From assembly GCA_051362555.1 (NCBI GenBank), contig CM120641.1:36648401-36712400 (forward strand): a stretch of 64,000 bases of DNA. Direction: 5' to 3'. The notes under the pieces are model-generated. The model was not told the DNA's origin, searched no databases, and saw only the letters and a list, made by a program, of their open reading frames with translations. The DNA is from Lingula anatina. Lineage: Eukaryota; Animalia; Brachiopoda. Numbering within the stretch: the stretch's first letter is position 1; each line of letters opens with the position of its first letter. Made by a program: the position numbers and the translations under genes. Positions 38,501 to 50,000 of this stretch are shown here, piece by piece.

Positions 38501-41500
38501 CTTCTCTCATCAGCGTGTTGGAAGTCTGCACAGCCTCCATCTTTTGCTGAAGATTAGTCACAGTGGCACTAGAATTCAATGTTGAATGCACTTATTGACA
38601 ATTTGAAAGTACTAAACATATATGTACAATATTCTGAGATGAAAATTCTATTCATAGCATAAAGCTATGTAGTGATTGTTTTTTGAAAGAATCATTAATT
38701 CTATCAAATACTGATCTTATCAAATCCCTCTCTTACGTCATTTAATATAAACTCTTTCCCTCTTAAATCATAAAATGAATGAAATCTCCCAAAAGGATAA
38801 AAATTCCCATTACTGGTAGACAGAAATTTGTCACAATGCTTTAATGGATAATTAAGTAGATAAGTAGAAAAACCTCTGTATCTTATGCTTCCACTATTTG
38901 ATAATATTTACTTAAGGTGTCTGTTTAATTCTTCAAGGTAATTTTTTTGGTCCAAGATGGCTGCCATCTTTGCGTTTCCCTCAGAGCTATAAAAAAAAAG
39001 AAGGAGTTTCAGTTGAATCTACAAAATATTGCAAAATATGTTATATCTACAAGAGCTAGCAAAATGCACAGGTATTTACATATCCTTTCAAACATAATTA
39101 TGCAATGGATATATATTCATATCTATAGATCTAAATACTTGCAGACACAATATAAACAACATGTGACTGATTTATTTCCATATCACCTTTTTCACAACTC
39201 ACCCATCTTCTTCATCATTCTGTCCCAAAAAACTGTTGTCTTTTAGGTATAAGCTGAAATCAATGACACCCATCTGAAAATAAAAAAGAAATTGCAATAA
39301 GGTACAATTGTCAGGACATAATTATATTATATTATAATAACAAATTCCCAAATAGTTCATATATCAGGATGCTTTTGAGGTCTTTGGACTGAGTATGAAA
39401 AATACCAAAAATATGTATTCCGGTCTTCTCACGAAAGCAAAATGAATATCAATTGCTAAATTTTTTTAATGTCAATTTTGATACAGAATTTGTTTTGGTT
39501 TACCTTTTGACACTAGAAACAGGCTTTTATGGGTGTCACCAGCCAGCAAGTCACCCCACACCCCCACCCCTTCAGACTTTGGGATTTTAAATACCATAAC
39601 ATGCAATCTAAGCATCTGGTGACATCAGATGACGGTCTAGTCTGCTCCAATTTTGAAAAAAAACATAGAAACCTATTGTACTTACTGGTTCATCAAGATC
39701 ATCTTCTTTGATACAAATGTTACAGTCTATCACATTCAATCCCACCAGGAGGCCACTTATAACTATTCCCTCTTCTTCTAGCATAAAAGCACCAGGTTCA
39801 TAGAAATCTCTGTAAAAATAAAGATTGCATATTACCTGATGTTGCATGCACCCTATATTGTGAATAAAATTATTTTATCATAACACCATTTGGGGTATGT
39901 ATCACAACCAACACAATACACACAGCTTCCACACAATGTTTGTTATAAGCTAAAAGCACAACTGATTTAAATCCCTAAGAGCCTTGACAGGTATATAATT
40001 TATTCTAAAAATATGCTTTACTCATCTTCTGATGGTTCTTGGCATACAAAATGGTCTTAATATAGCAGCCTGTTCAGTTGGTACTGTGATCATCTTTAGT
40101 TCCCATTATCTGAACACCCAATTTAACTGTTTAGTCCAGCCTGCGTCATGGCTAGGGGGTATATTCCAATGGGTTTGTAAGCTTCTTTGTATCATTTACA
40201 GCATTTTACCAATGGAGGCAGGGAGACCATCAGAAATCAGCAGCATCGCTTTTGAACTGTAATAAGCCATATCTAGTTGGTGGATGAGTACTCGGATGAT
40301 CCATTTCCCCTTACACCTTCAATATGCACAGAGAATCATCTAATACTTACACAAGTACATCATCCTTTTTATCTATGAGAATTTTGAAATAATCAGCAAG
40401 TCTCTTCTGCATCAAGGCCAATCTCAAAAATGCACGAGCTCTTCCTAGAGGTGTCCTGGTAAAAACAATATGTTTTCTAATATCACCCAAAGATAACTTC
40501 ATTATATCCATGTTAATCTACTCTTTATGATACTGATGCTGGTCAATAAATATGACAACAAGACAGTCAAATAACAAAACATTCAAAAATAAAAAAATAA
40601 ATTATAAATAAAGATAATATTATAATATAAGATAAGGGTAAATACAATAAATGGACCTGTAACTATATAAGCAATTTAATAGTATTACTAATAAACATAA
40701 AAAAGAAAGTTAGAAACCAAAAACATTGATGATAACGATGAATGCATTAGTGTAGGTCCTACTTTGAAAAATAATAGAATTGATTTAAAACTGAACGTGT
40801 AATTACTAATTTTGGTCACTGCAGATATTGTGAAAACAATGAGAATAGTAAGATTGTATGTAGATGAAGCTCATAGTGGCACATGACCCTTATTTCCAAG
40901 GCACTGAAAAGGAGTACCCTGTTGCTGCAACTAACAACAGTGATATACAGTTCGATGCATCCTGCTGTTATTGTTCATGATACAGCAGATCACCAACAGC
41001 ATGCTGGAGCATGGGGTTTATCTTGAGAAGCTATTGTGTTATTGTTGTTATCTATGTCATTTTGATGTGGTTGTTATACTTGGCAAACTGTCAATTAGTA
41101 TGTCCTCCCCATTCTATTCACAAAATGGAAATTATAATTCTGTGTAATCCTCTTTCCACGTCGCACTGCAAGTCTTTTTTGTAACTACTGCTGCTCATTC
41201 ATATTTTCAAAAACAAATTTTTCAATCATAACATATACATGCTTGCTGTGGCTGACAGTTATGGTCTTTGACATATCATAATAAAAAATCTCCCTTTTGG
41301 GAAATTGTTCAAAATGCGTGAGTCACCTAAAAATACTAATTGAGTAAAGCAGGAAAAAAATCCAGAAGAGTCTGACATTTCATGAGTAAGAATAAATCAA
41401 TACGAAAACTACTGAACTGGAGCTCCAATGCTCACTAGTCCATTATCATTGAAAATAAATTTCAACAAGACAGTGATACTTACTTGAGATTTGGCATATC

Positions 41501-44500
41501 TCTTACACTGGTTGTTATCTCTTCTGCTTCTGACACATGCTTTTCTATTTGTTCTAACACTGGGAAGAATTCTCGCTTATCTCGCAAAATGCTCTTTTTA
41601 GCTGAAAAAAATGTTATAGATACTGATCTGAGCTTGGTTTAACCTAAGCTACTGCAGATATATAATATAATGCAAAGACCTAACACTAGACAGAGTATAT
41701 TGCTGATGATTCATTTTTCAATTTGATTTATCTTAAACAAATTAATTTCATAAACAAATTTTAAAGCAAAAGGGAGTAAACAAAAAGAAAAGAAAAACTA
41801 TGATGTTCTGGCACTATGAAATATATACTTATACAAAGTAATCTTGGTTCCTTGCAACATTTATGGTTAAAACAATTTACTCTGGCAGAGAAAAAGCATT
41901 TGGCTTTCTTTCATCAACTTAGTACTGAGTTAGTGATAAATTTACTAAAACCCAAATGCATGGACAGATTAAAATCTTACGTTTGAGCCCATGGCGAAGA
42001 ACATGTTCCAAAACAACAAAAAACTGTTGTAGCGGAACAAAATCATCATCCAACATCCTGCCTTGAGATAGAGAAGAGTCAATCAGCTCTTTGATGACTA
42101 GTTTTGCCACGTGAAGCAAGTTGGACCTTTCAATAGCCATAGGATCCCTCCCTAAAAACAATTATAACAAAATTTAATGAGAGATTTGCAAATATATATT
42201 TAAGGATGGCTTCGATAAGTCAAAGAATTTTACCGTTTATTGGCAAGAGGATTTTGTCCTAGAATTTAGAAATGTGATGTTAATTTAGTAAAATGTTCAT
42301 TTTTCAAAAATATTTAAAGACATGTTAAGAAGATATAGGTTCCTAAAAATACAAGCCACATTCTACTCATAACTGAGAGTGGTGATGAATAAAAGAAATA
42401 ACAGAACCAATGACGCAAAAGGGATGAGTCTATGTGCATTGATTAAAAATGCCGTAACTTCAAAACCTGACATAACAGCCATCTCTGTCATCTATGCCTC
42501 ACCTAAACACAAACTAGCATAAATAAAATGAAAAATATTTGATAAAAATTCTGCAATTCATGGCTTTCTTGGTGAAAATGCACTCATTTGGATAAAGATA
42601 TATTAAAATTACCTATCAAATTATGAGAAAAGTTCAGTGTGTATAGACAAGTATGGACAAAAAAATCAATAAATGTCTAAACCACCCAGCATCATTAGAA
42701 GCATAATGTCAGGGATCAAGTACAAATACTTTAATAAAATCATAAACACCCAGTCTGTAAAATATAAGTAAGTATACAAAGCAAAAATAGTGTTCACTTG
42801 AATTACGTTTGTTATCTCATTGGTCTTAGCTGGAACAACCACACTAGCTACCTTATTAAAAGAATATAAAGATAGGAGATTCGGGAGGGGGAGAAACTTC
42901 TGAACAAGGTTCCCTACTCTATGTACACCTTCTGCAAATTTTGGGCCGCCACACCCCCCCTGTATTCAGGAGTTAATCTACTGCTGACAATGCCATATTA
43001 CTAGTGAATAGATCTACACCTTTTGAAATCAACATGTACACAACCAACTACCATTTGTCATCTATTTTGGTATAGCCCATATGGTTCAATAAACAGAGTT
43101 TATAAAGGAAGTGCATTCATGTAAGTATTGGCACCACTTTTGCAGGAAATTTGCAGTCTTTATGCTATACTCATGGGGTGGATTAAGCAAGCTAAAAGCA
43201 GTTATTCTCAATATGCATCTGCACGCTGGGTTCCACATAGGGGCCTAGCCAAGGTAGTACTTTCTTATTTCAAGGTAAATCTACCATATATTAATACAAA
43301 AGGAACACAACAGTTTCACTTTTGATCATAAAGTTTGTATATCACATAGCTGACAGGAGTCATAAAGATACTTTTCTAACATTTAATAGTCTATCTTTAG
43401 CTGAAAATGACATTTACTCCAACCTATACAAAAGCAATAACATACTCTTTACTACAGTATCTACGAATATAATACATAAATATAGATACTCAGAAACTTA
43501 GAAATACTAAGAAACCATTCCCCTTTGAAATGACAGGTCCTCATTTCTGATATATAATCTATGAACACACAATAATAGAATGAAGTATTGATTTGGTAGT
43601 AGCAGCTAATAACAAGACTGTGCTTCAAACAACTCTGTCTTCCCTATCAATCCACTGTATCAAATAACATGATAACCTGGCAGAAAATATTTTCAAACAT
43701 GAAGACACATCCTGGTAAAGCATTAACTTTCATGCTTTACCAAATCAAGCCTGTAGGCTGGGCTAAGGAGGAACAGAGGATGAGGTGTTTGAGGGCTTCC
43801 AGACACTGTTCAAAAGAAACACTTATGGCTGGGCAAAGGGATACTGTGAATCAAAATAAGATCTTGGTTCTATGTTAGGCTTCCCAGTATTTTTTTCAGG
43901 GAAAGAGTCCTCTCCTTTGAAATTGCTGTCTACATGCCTGTAAATGAATGTTTTATGCTAAAACAAGTATCCTTCATGACTGCTTTTTGATAGAGAATGG
44001 TATTTCCATTTGACAAGTGTCTCATGATTCCAGAAGATTGAACACCTCATAGAAAATAACTGGAGGTTGAATCTAAATCCACAATTACCTAGACTCCAGA
44101 ATTAATTAATACATACTATGTAAAGTAGCTAATATTACATATAAAATGTATTATAAGAGACTGACCATCATCAGTGGGTGACATGAGCATACTGTGCTGC
44201 ATATCTAACTGCACATCTTGCAGCTCACGCAGACATAGCCAATCTCCATCCACAGACACTCGGAAGTTACACAGATAAATAGTCTCTTCTGCCATTTTGA
44301 ATTTCCAGAAAAAAACCCTGCAAAACAGCTCCCAGAAATGCCAGCTGATGAGATGAGATGAGAGAGTGAGTCACTATTCCAGGGAAAAGCTTTTCCCAGG
44401 TAAATATATCCAAACCAATGGGTTCCTCGGTGCTTGTTGCGATAATGGAGATTCTGTTCTTATGGGTCAATAATTCTCTAAGACCATTCCATACAGTATA

Positions 44501-44788
44501 ACACTTGCCAGTGCAGGCTTTCTGGCACTGCTTGCCAATCTATTGATTTCTGCATATGTTTATGACTCGGATGCTCACCAGACAGTAATCTAATCACCAA
44601 GAGACTTTAAGGGATATGCAACAATTGTCACTGAAATGGGTTAATATGCCTTTTTGTTCATCCTAGAGCTTAACTGGTTTTTAAGACATGTGCTCTGAGG
44701 ATTTAGAGTATAAATATTACAGCTCATTATTAATGTTGCCATTAATAATGATGTATGAATGCATTCTGGCTTCTCTAACACATTACTG

Positions 44789-44870
<82 letters not shown>

Positions 44871-45299
44871 AAAAGAAAAAAAGAACAGCAACTTTTTTTT
44901 TGCCCCGACCGGTTTCTTTCTTTCTTCAGGGTTTTTTGTTTATTTGTTACTAGGTGATGTCATGAAGGCTAAAATGTGACGTCGTCTGAGTGGGCATATT
45001 AGGGAATGCCCTATGCACAAAAACAAGGACTTTCCGGTATTCCCATTTTATAAATTCACTAGGGAAACAACCCAAACAGAAAGGGAAATGAAAGAAAATC
45101 TATTCATTAATAAGTATAAACCTACATTGAATAGATAAAAGCATTGGTAAAAGTAACAATTAAACACCCATTGTTACAGATGTCACATTTTAGCCTTTAT
45201 GACATCACCTAGTAACAAATAAACAAAAACCCCTGAAGAAAGAAAGAAACGGGTCGGCGCAAAAAAAGTTGCTGTTCTTTTTTTCTTTTTTTACTTTTA

Positions 45300-45335
<36 letters not shown>

Positions 45336-46850
45336 CACTAAATTCATTTCATAGAGAAAAAACACATTTTAATGATGTTTTACTCAAATTCATTTTTTGT
45401 TAAAATAACAAAACGTGAAATCTTGGATTTTTTACTTTAAATCAACTATGTCTGTAGTGAAAATTTAATTAAATATGCATATATTTCAAAAATCATTTTT
45501 ACATATAAACTTTTTAAATTTCATGTTGAAAAGTCTTCTTAATATTTTATGGATTTACGACTTAAAATAAACAAATATATTATTAATATAATTTAATTAT
45601 TATTACGTTAAGGCTACAGTATGTCTGCAGATATTGCAAATACGAGTCGGACAAAATTATGTTGGCAGAAAGATAACATGTAGTGCTATTTTTAAGATAG
45701 AGTTAATGCATAGCATCTCAACAAATAAGTATGTTTACCATACTTTAAACCATTTTCAGTGCAACTTTGCAAACAATTCCATTAACTTGCACATTGCACC
45801 TTACAATACATATAGTGACTTGACCCAGCTGCCTGCATACTGTCAACTTTCCGTTTTTTTTTTTTTTGTTTGTTTTTTTTCCTTTCTTTTTCAACAAAAA
45901 TAAAATAGCAATAATGTTATATCTTGCACTTTACACATTTTGATCTAAGACCCTTTCCAAATTGTAGGGTATACTAATCTGTACAGCAACTTTTTTGAGG
46001 GATCAACAGCTTGATAGCCTGCCTATTAAATCTACACAGAGATCTACAATCATTCTGACCAGCTACCTGGATTAATTTTAAATGGTTATTTTAAAAACTT
46101 GGAAACAAACTTGTGAAAGGGAACAAATCCTTTGGAAGCATAATGTTAGGACCAGTCAAAATATTGTAATACAGACAAGATATGAAAAGGATCAAGGGCC
46201 AGAATGCAGGACACACTCCGAGATTGACCTCTACATTGATGAAGGATGCAATCAAAATCCTCTCAACATTTTGGTCTATTATTTACTAGTTATCAAATAT
46301 TCATCCAATTTATCTGAAGTCTACCAAGTACCCCTACTTGAACACATACTCAAAGCCTCTTATAGTAAATCATGCTATCTGGATTCGAATACAGATAAAT
46401 TGTGAATGAAACTGATGGATTCAAATATAATTTTAATGATACTAAATTAAAAAACCTCGAGTATATCGTGTAAAGATGATCTAATAATCCAGAACTTTTT
46501 TGGAGCCACCGAGCCACATCAAGTAATGCAACTTTATCAAATATCAATTCACTCTATACACAACCTTCAAAATGCACATTAGGTCTCGCTCAATACGCTC
46601 TGATATCTGACACAAACACGAACCAGGAAATGCACAAACCCTGAAAAATCTGACAACATTACTTACTTTCGCGTTTAGGTTTGGTTTTATTCGCTCCAGG
46701 ATCTTTCCCCCTGATAAAAGCAATAACAGGAGATGGCCAGTAAGATGATTCATCTTTCTGAGTAGTTGCAATGGGTTTTGCTACCCCTGGGTCCCCGCCA
46801 GCTGAAGATGTATCCGTAAGAGGAAGACCCTCCACACTGGGCGCTGCCAT
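25691..46850 (-). CDS. RUFY2: RUN and FYVE domain-containing protein (RUFY1/2/3 family)
   Basis: 16 phase-consistent exons: 46850-46667, 42151-41981, 41601-41484, 40455-40351, 39809-39686, 39273-39203, 38986-38912, 38568-38397, 37486-37370, 36830-36663, 29661-29564, 28521-28435, 27563-27434, 27088-26994, 26254-26128, 25831-25691. RUN domain ([18 protein letters not shown]; [17 protein letters not shown]), [15 protein letters not shown], coiled coils, and FYVE domain ([37 protein letters not shown]). Confidence 0.95.
26293..26352. repeat. (AT)n microsatellite
   Basis: Pure AT dinucleotide run. Confidence 0.95.
31484..31636 (+). promoter_or_regulatory. Putative promoter and non-coding exon 1 of the nested neuropeptide gene
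   Basis: CRE-like ggcgtca at ~31484, TATAA at 31522, a purine-rich exon-like stretch, then a consensus donor AAG|GTAAGT at 31636/31637. The matching acceptor TTGCAG ends at 33429, 6 nt before the ATG. Confidence 0.55.
33436..35731 (+). CDS. Corazonin/GnRH-superfamily neuropeptide precursor (~104 aa), nested antisense in RUFY intron 10
   Basis: Coding exons 33436-33624, 35455-35538 and 35690-35731, all phase 0. Translation: [24 protein letters not shown] (signal peptide) | [14 protein letters not shown] | GKR | [63 protein letters not shown]. The last exon is less certain. Confidence 0.88.
44166..44295 (-). CDS. Alternative first coding exon of RUFY (RUFY3/Singar-type N-terminus)
   Basis: ATG at 44295 encodes [43 protein letters not shown] and ends at a phase-1 donor G|GTCAGT, matching the phase-1 acceptor at 42151. 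Confidence 0.88.
44794..45335. mobile_element. Fold-back element with ~115-bp inverted arms embedded in a (CT)n(TA)n/(TA)n(CA)n microsatellite
   Basis: 44870-44983 and 45179-45292 are near-perfect reverse complements, with TA repeats on both sides. Confidence 0.8.
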
Positions 46851-47075
46851 CTTGTTTACGAGAGCTCTCCTGTGATTGAGATTTACCCTCGATCCAAAGT
46901 CATCTTTTTATGATTTTGTACTAAGCTGTACCTATTATATGTATACGGATGCACAAAAATACAGTTTTCAATACCAAAATATTTTTATTTTAAATATTGT
47001 TGAGATGAAAGGTCATAGTTAGTAGGGGTAAGTTCAGGAAACATTACTAGGTCATAAGGTCACCCACACGGCAAC
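46851..47075. promoter_or_regulatory. Compact bidirectional promoter shared by RUFY (-) and MTHFD2 (+)
   Basis: Only 225 bp separate the divergent ATGs. AGGTCA half-sites are present, including AGGTCAtaAGGTCA at 47049-47062. Confidence 0.75.
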
Positions 47076-50000
47076 ATGGCAATTCGCAGCGCTTCACAGA
47101 TGCTCTCCGTTTCTAACACATTTTTGCAAAGTTTGAGATGGGCTGCTACCAGATCATTCGAGGAAAATATAATACAAAACGTCGGGTAAGCTATGACCAT
47201 TAATACTATACTCGTCTGTCAAGTAATTAATGAAAACTCCTTCACTCCTTGCTGGCGTCTGGATTGCGTCATGTACACAGTATTGATATTGTATGTATAC
47301 ATTACACAAATGGGAAGTGGTTTGCCGTAGAATGTCAGAATAGTGGGGCTATTCTATTGTTTTTATTTCACTGTTGTTTAGCAGATTGCTGATTTACGAA
47401 AATTAACAGAATTGTTAGATTGCGATATATGGAAGTTTGCTGTAAAACAACTAATGTAGTCATCGCACGTAGGCAACTGGTGAAACGGATCCATTAGTCG
47501 GTTACTTAGGTTTACTTGAGTTATGCAATAACTGGGTTGGACTGTTTGGGGAAGAAAAGATTTTGAAGGTTGGGAATTTGCATATTTTAAGTTATGTTAG
47601 ACATGCTGAAAAATAGACATGGCATGAATTGAGTACAGTATTTCCCAAAAAGTCTTGTCATCATGGCATTTCTGGATGGATTTTTGAGGGTATGAAAATA
47701 TCACTCAGTCATCATGTGTACTTCTATTTATATAATTATATGCTTATCATGTAAAAGGAGGAAATGTTAATGTTTGACATTTAAGTAATGCCAATTGCAG
47801 CCATGCCAAATTTAATTTGCCTAGCAAAAGAAAGTATATTAATTATGCAATGTATGTGTAAATATTAACAGGGTTTTAAAATTATCCATTCTTATTTTTT
47901 CCTTTATTAACACCCCCACTGTCTTTGAAGAACAAAAATCTGCAGGTGCATTAGGTGGTTATCATTAGACTGAGGAAAACAAATATAAATTTATTAGATC
48001 AAGGTCACTGGTATTTGTTCTGATAGTGATAAACCAGTCTCACTCTGCTAAGTTGCAGTTCAATCTAGTCGTTCAATATCTATGTCACTCCTTGCATCTT
48101 TTAATATAGAGGTTAGTTAATGCTTTTGAAGAATTAAGAAGAAACAGAAAATATCTATATTCTAAAAAGATTCAAAAGATATTTTACCATTTAGACTGTA
48201 CAATCAAACCTGCCCCCTGTTTTTATTTAGTTTGAAAATAGTTTTATTGTACAATTTTTGTATTCTATACATTTACATATTTGTTTGTTCATGTAGCATC
48301 AGTTATTAATTCAGGAACAGTGCAATAGCATCCTTTTTGTCTGTATTCATACTAAGTCTGGGGTAGCACTAACACTCGCCAATTTAGCCAAATGCTAAAA
48401 CTGACTTAAGTTGGCTAAACAACAAGGACTTGATTTGAAGAATTTTAGTCAAATTAAAACCATTTTCATTACAAATTGACAAAAAAGTGACAATGTGGCT
48501 AAGCGAAAAAATTCCTAGCGCTACCCCAGCTAAGTGGTACAATTTTTCTACAGTATATCAACATATGTGTGTGGACAGTGTGGTATTCAGGTCTGTTCAA
48601 TTCAACCAACACTACAGGTCCGATCCTCATGAATAGAAATTTCCCCTAAAACCAGTTAATACCAGCCGGACCTAGCTGGGCACGTCCAACTTCTATTATT
48701 CCTCTTGAAAGGCAGTAATGTAAAAGCAGGTCAGGGCTGAATTTAAGCTGTGTCAATGGAAATGTTGAAAATAATTCAAAGTCTAATTTTCTTTAGTCAT
48801 GCTATGTTTTTTTAGGTCAGTGACAGAAATGCATACAGATATAAGCCTTTTTAGCTGGTGTTTCTAGTATATGGTGAACACTCACTTGTCTATTGACTAA
48901 AGACTATGAACACACACAAAATAAGTAAAAAAAATTAATTAAAGAATAAATAAGTAAACTGCATTAATACCATAAAAATGTAAAATCTCTATTGTATTTG
49001 AACACCTGTGATGAATATTTCCAAACCCATTTTTTGTAACTGTCTAGACCCATTTTATAATGAATGTGGAGTTGAAAATTGCCTGTGGCCTGGATCACTA
49101 GTAGTATTTTTTTTTTTACTAAGATGGAATTTACAAAGAAACTAAAAGATCAAATTTTTCTTAGACTAGAAATTATCCCCTGAAGCACATTTTAATGGTT
49201 TTCACAATTTTTTTTCCACAAGGGCGACATTACATTTAGGAATGTCACCTTAGCATACAGCATTAGCTTATAGTTCATGAAGTGCCCTTAGGCCTAATAT
49301 CACAAAACCATCTCAATGTAAGTGGATATCAAAGCCATAAATTTTAGTCAAAAATGTGGAACAGGGTTTGGAATCGTATGTGTATTTTAAATATTTATTA
49401 TATTTTTCATAAATCTTATTCTTAAATATCAAAATGGAAACTATGATTCATCCAGTTGTAATGTTCAAAAGGAAAAAAAAAACCCTAAATCTCATACTGG
49501 ACACTTGCATAGAACTGCTAGGTGTCACAACGACTCCTGTGTTTTGTCCTTTATCACAAGGATATCTTCAGGGAACTGTCACTGAAGGTGACACTGCTGG
49601 TGGTATTGTAGTCGTCGTGTGATAGTCTGTATGGAATCACCCACACAGGGGTCCCAGCAATGGAGGCACACATGATTCAGCAATGTTATTTCATCTTACG
49701 AAATCTGGCCACTCCTTTGACATGAAGGATGTTATAGTGTTGAACAAGGAAGAGGACTGGTTCCAGAGAGGAGTCAAATTCCCCATTCACACTGCCACCT
49801 GAAAAATACACATTTTGCAAATTTGAATTTCTGGTGAAATGCGCACATGCGCAGTAAGATCTAAACAGGTGCCTGTTCTGATAAGTTATTCGAATCCCTG
49901 AAGAAAATCCAGAACAATAGCAGGGTTTTTGTTTATCTGTTTGTCAAAAGTCAAATACCCCATTCACACTGCCATCTGAGAAACTGGTTTACAAAAATCC

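Noticed and set aside
44688-44957. ORFs with [12 protein letters not shown] runs
   Set aside because: Translation of (CT)n(AT)n microsatellite.
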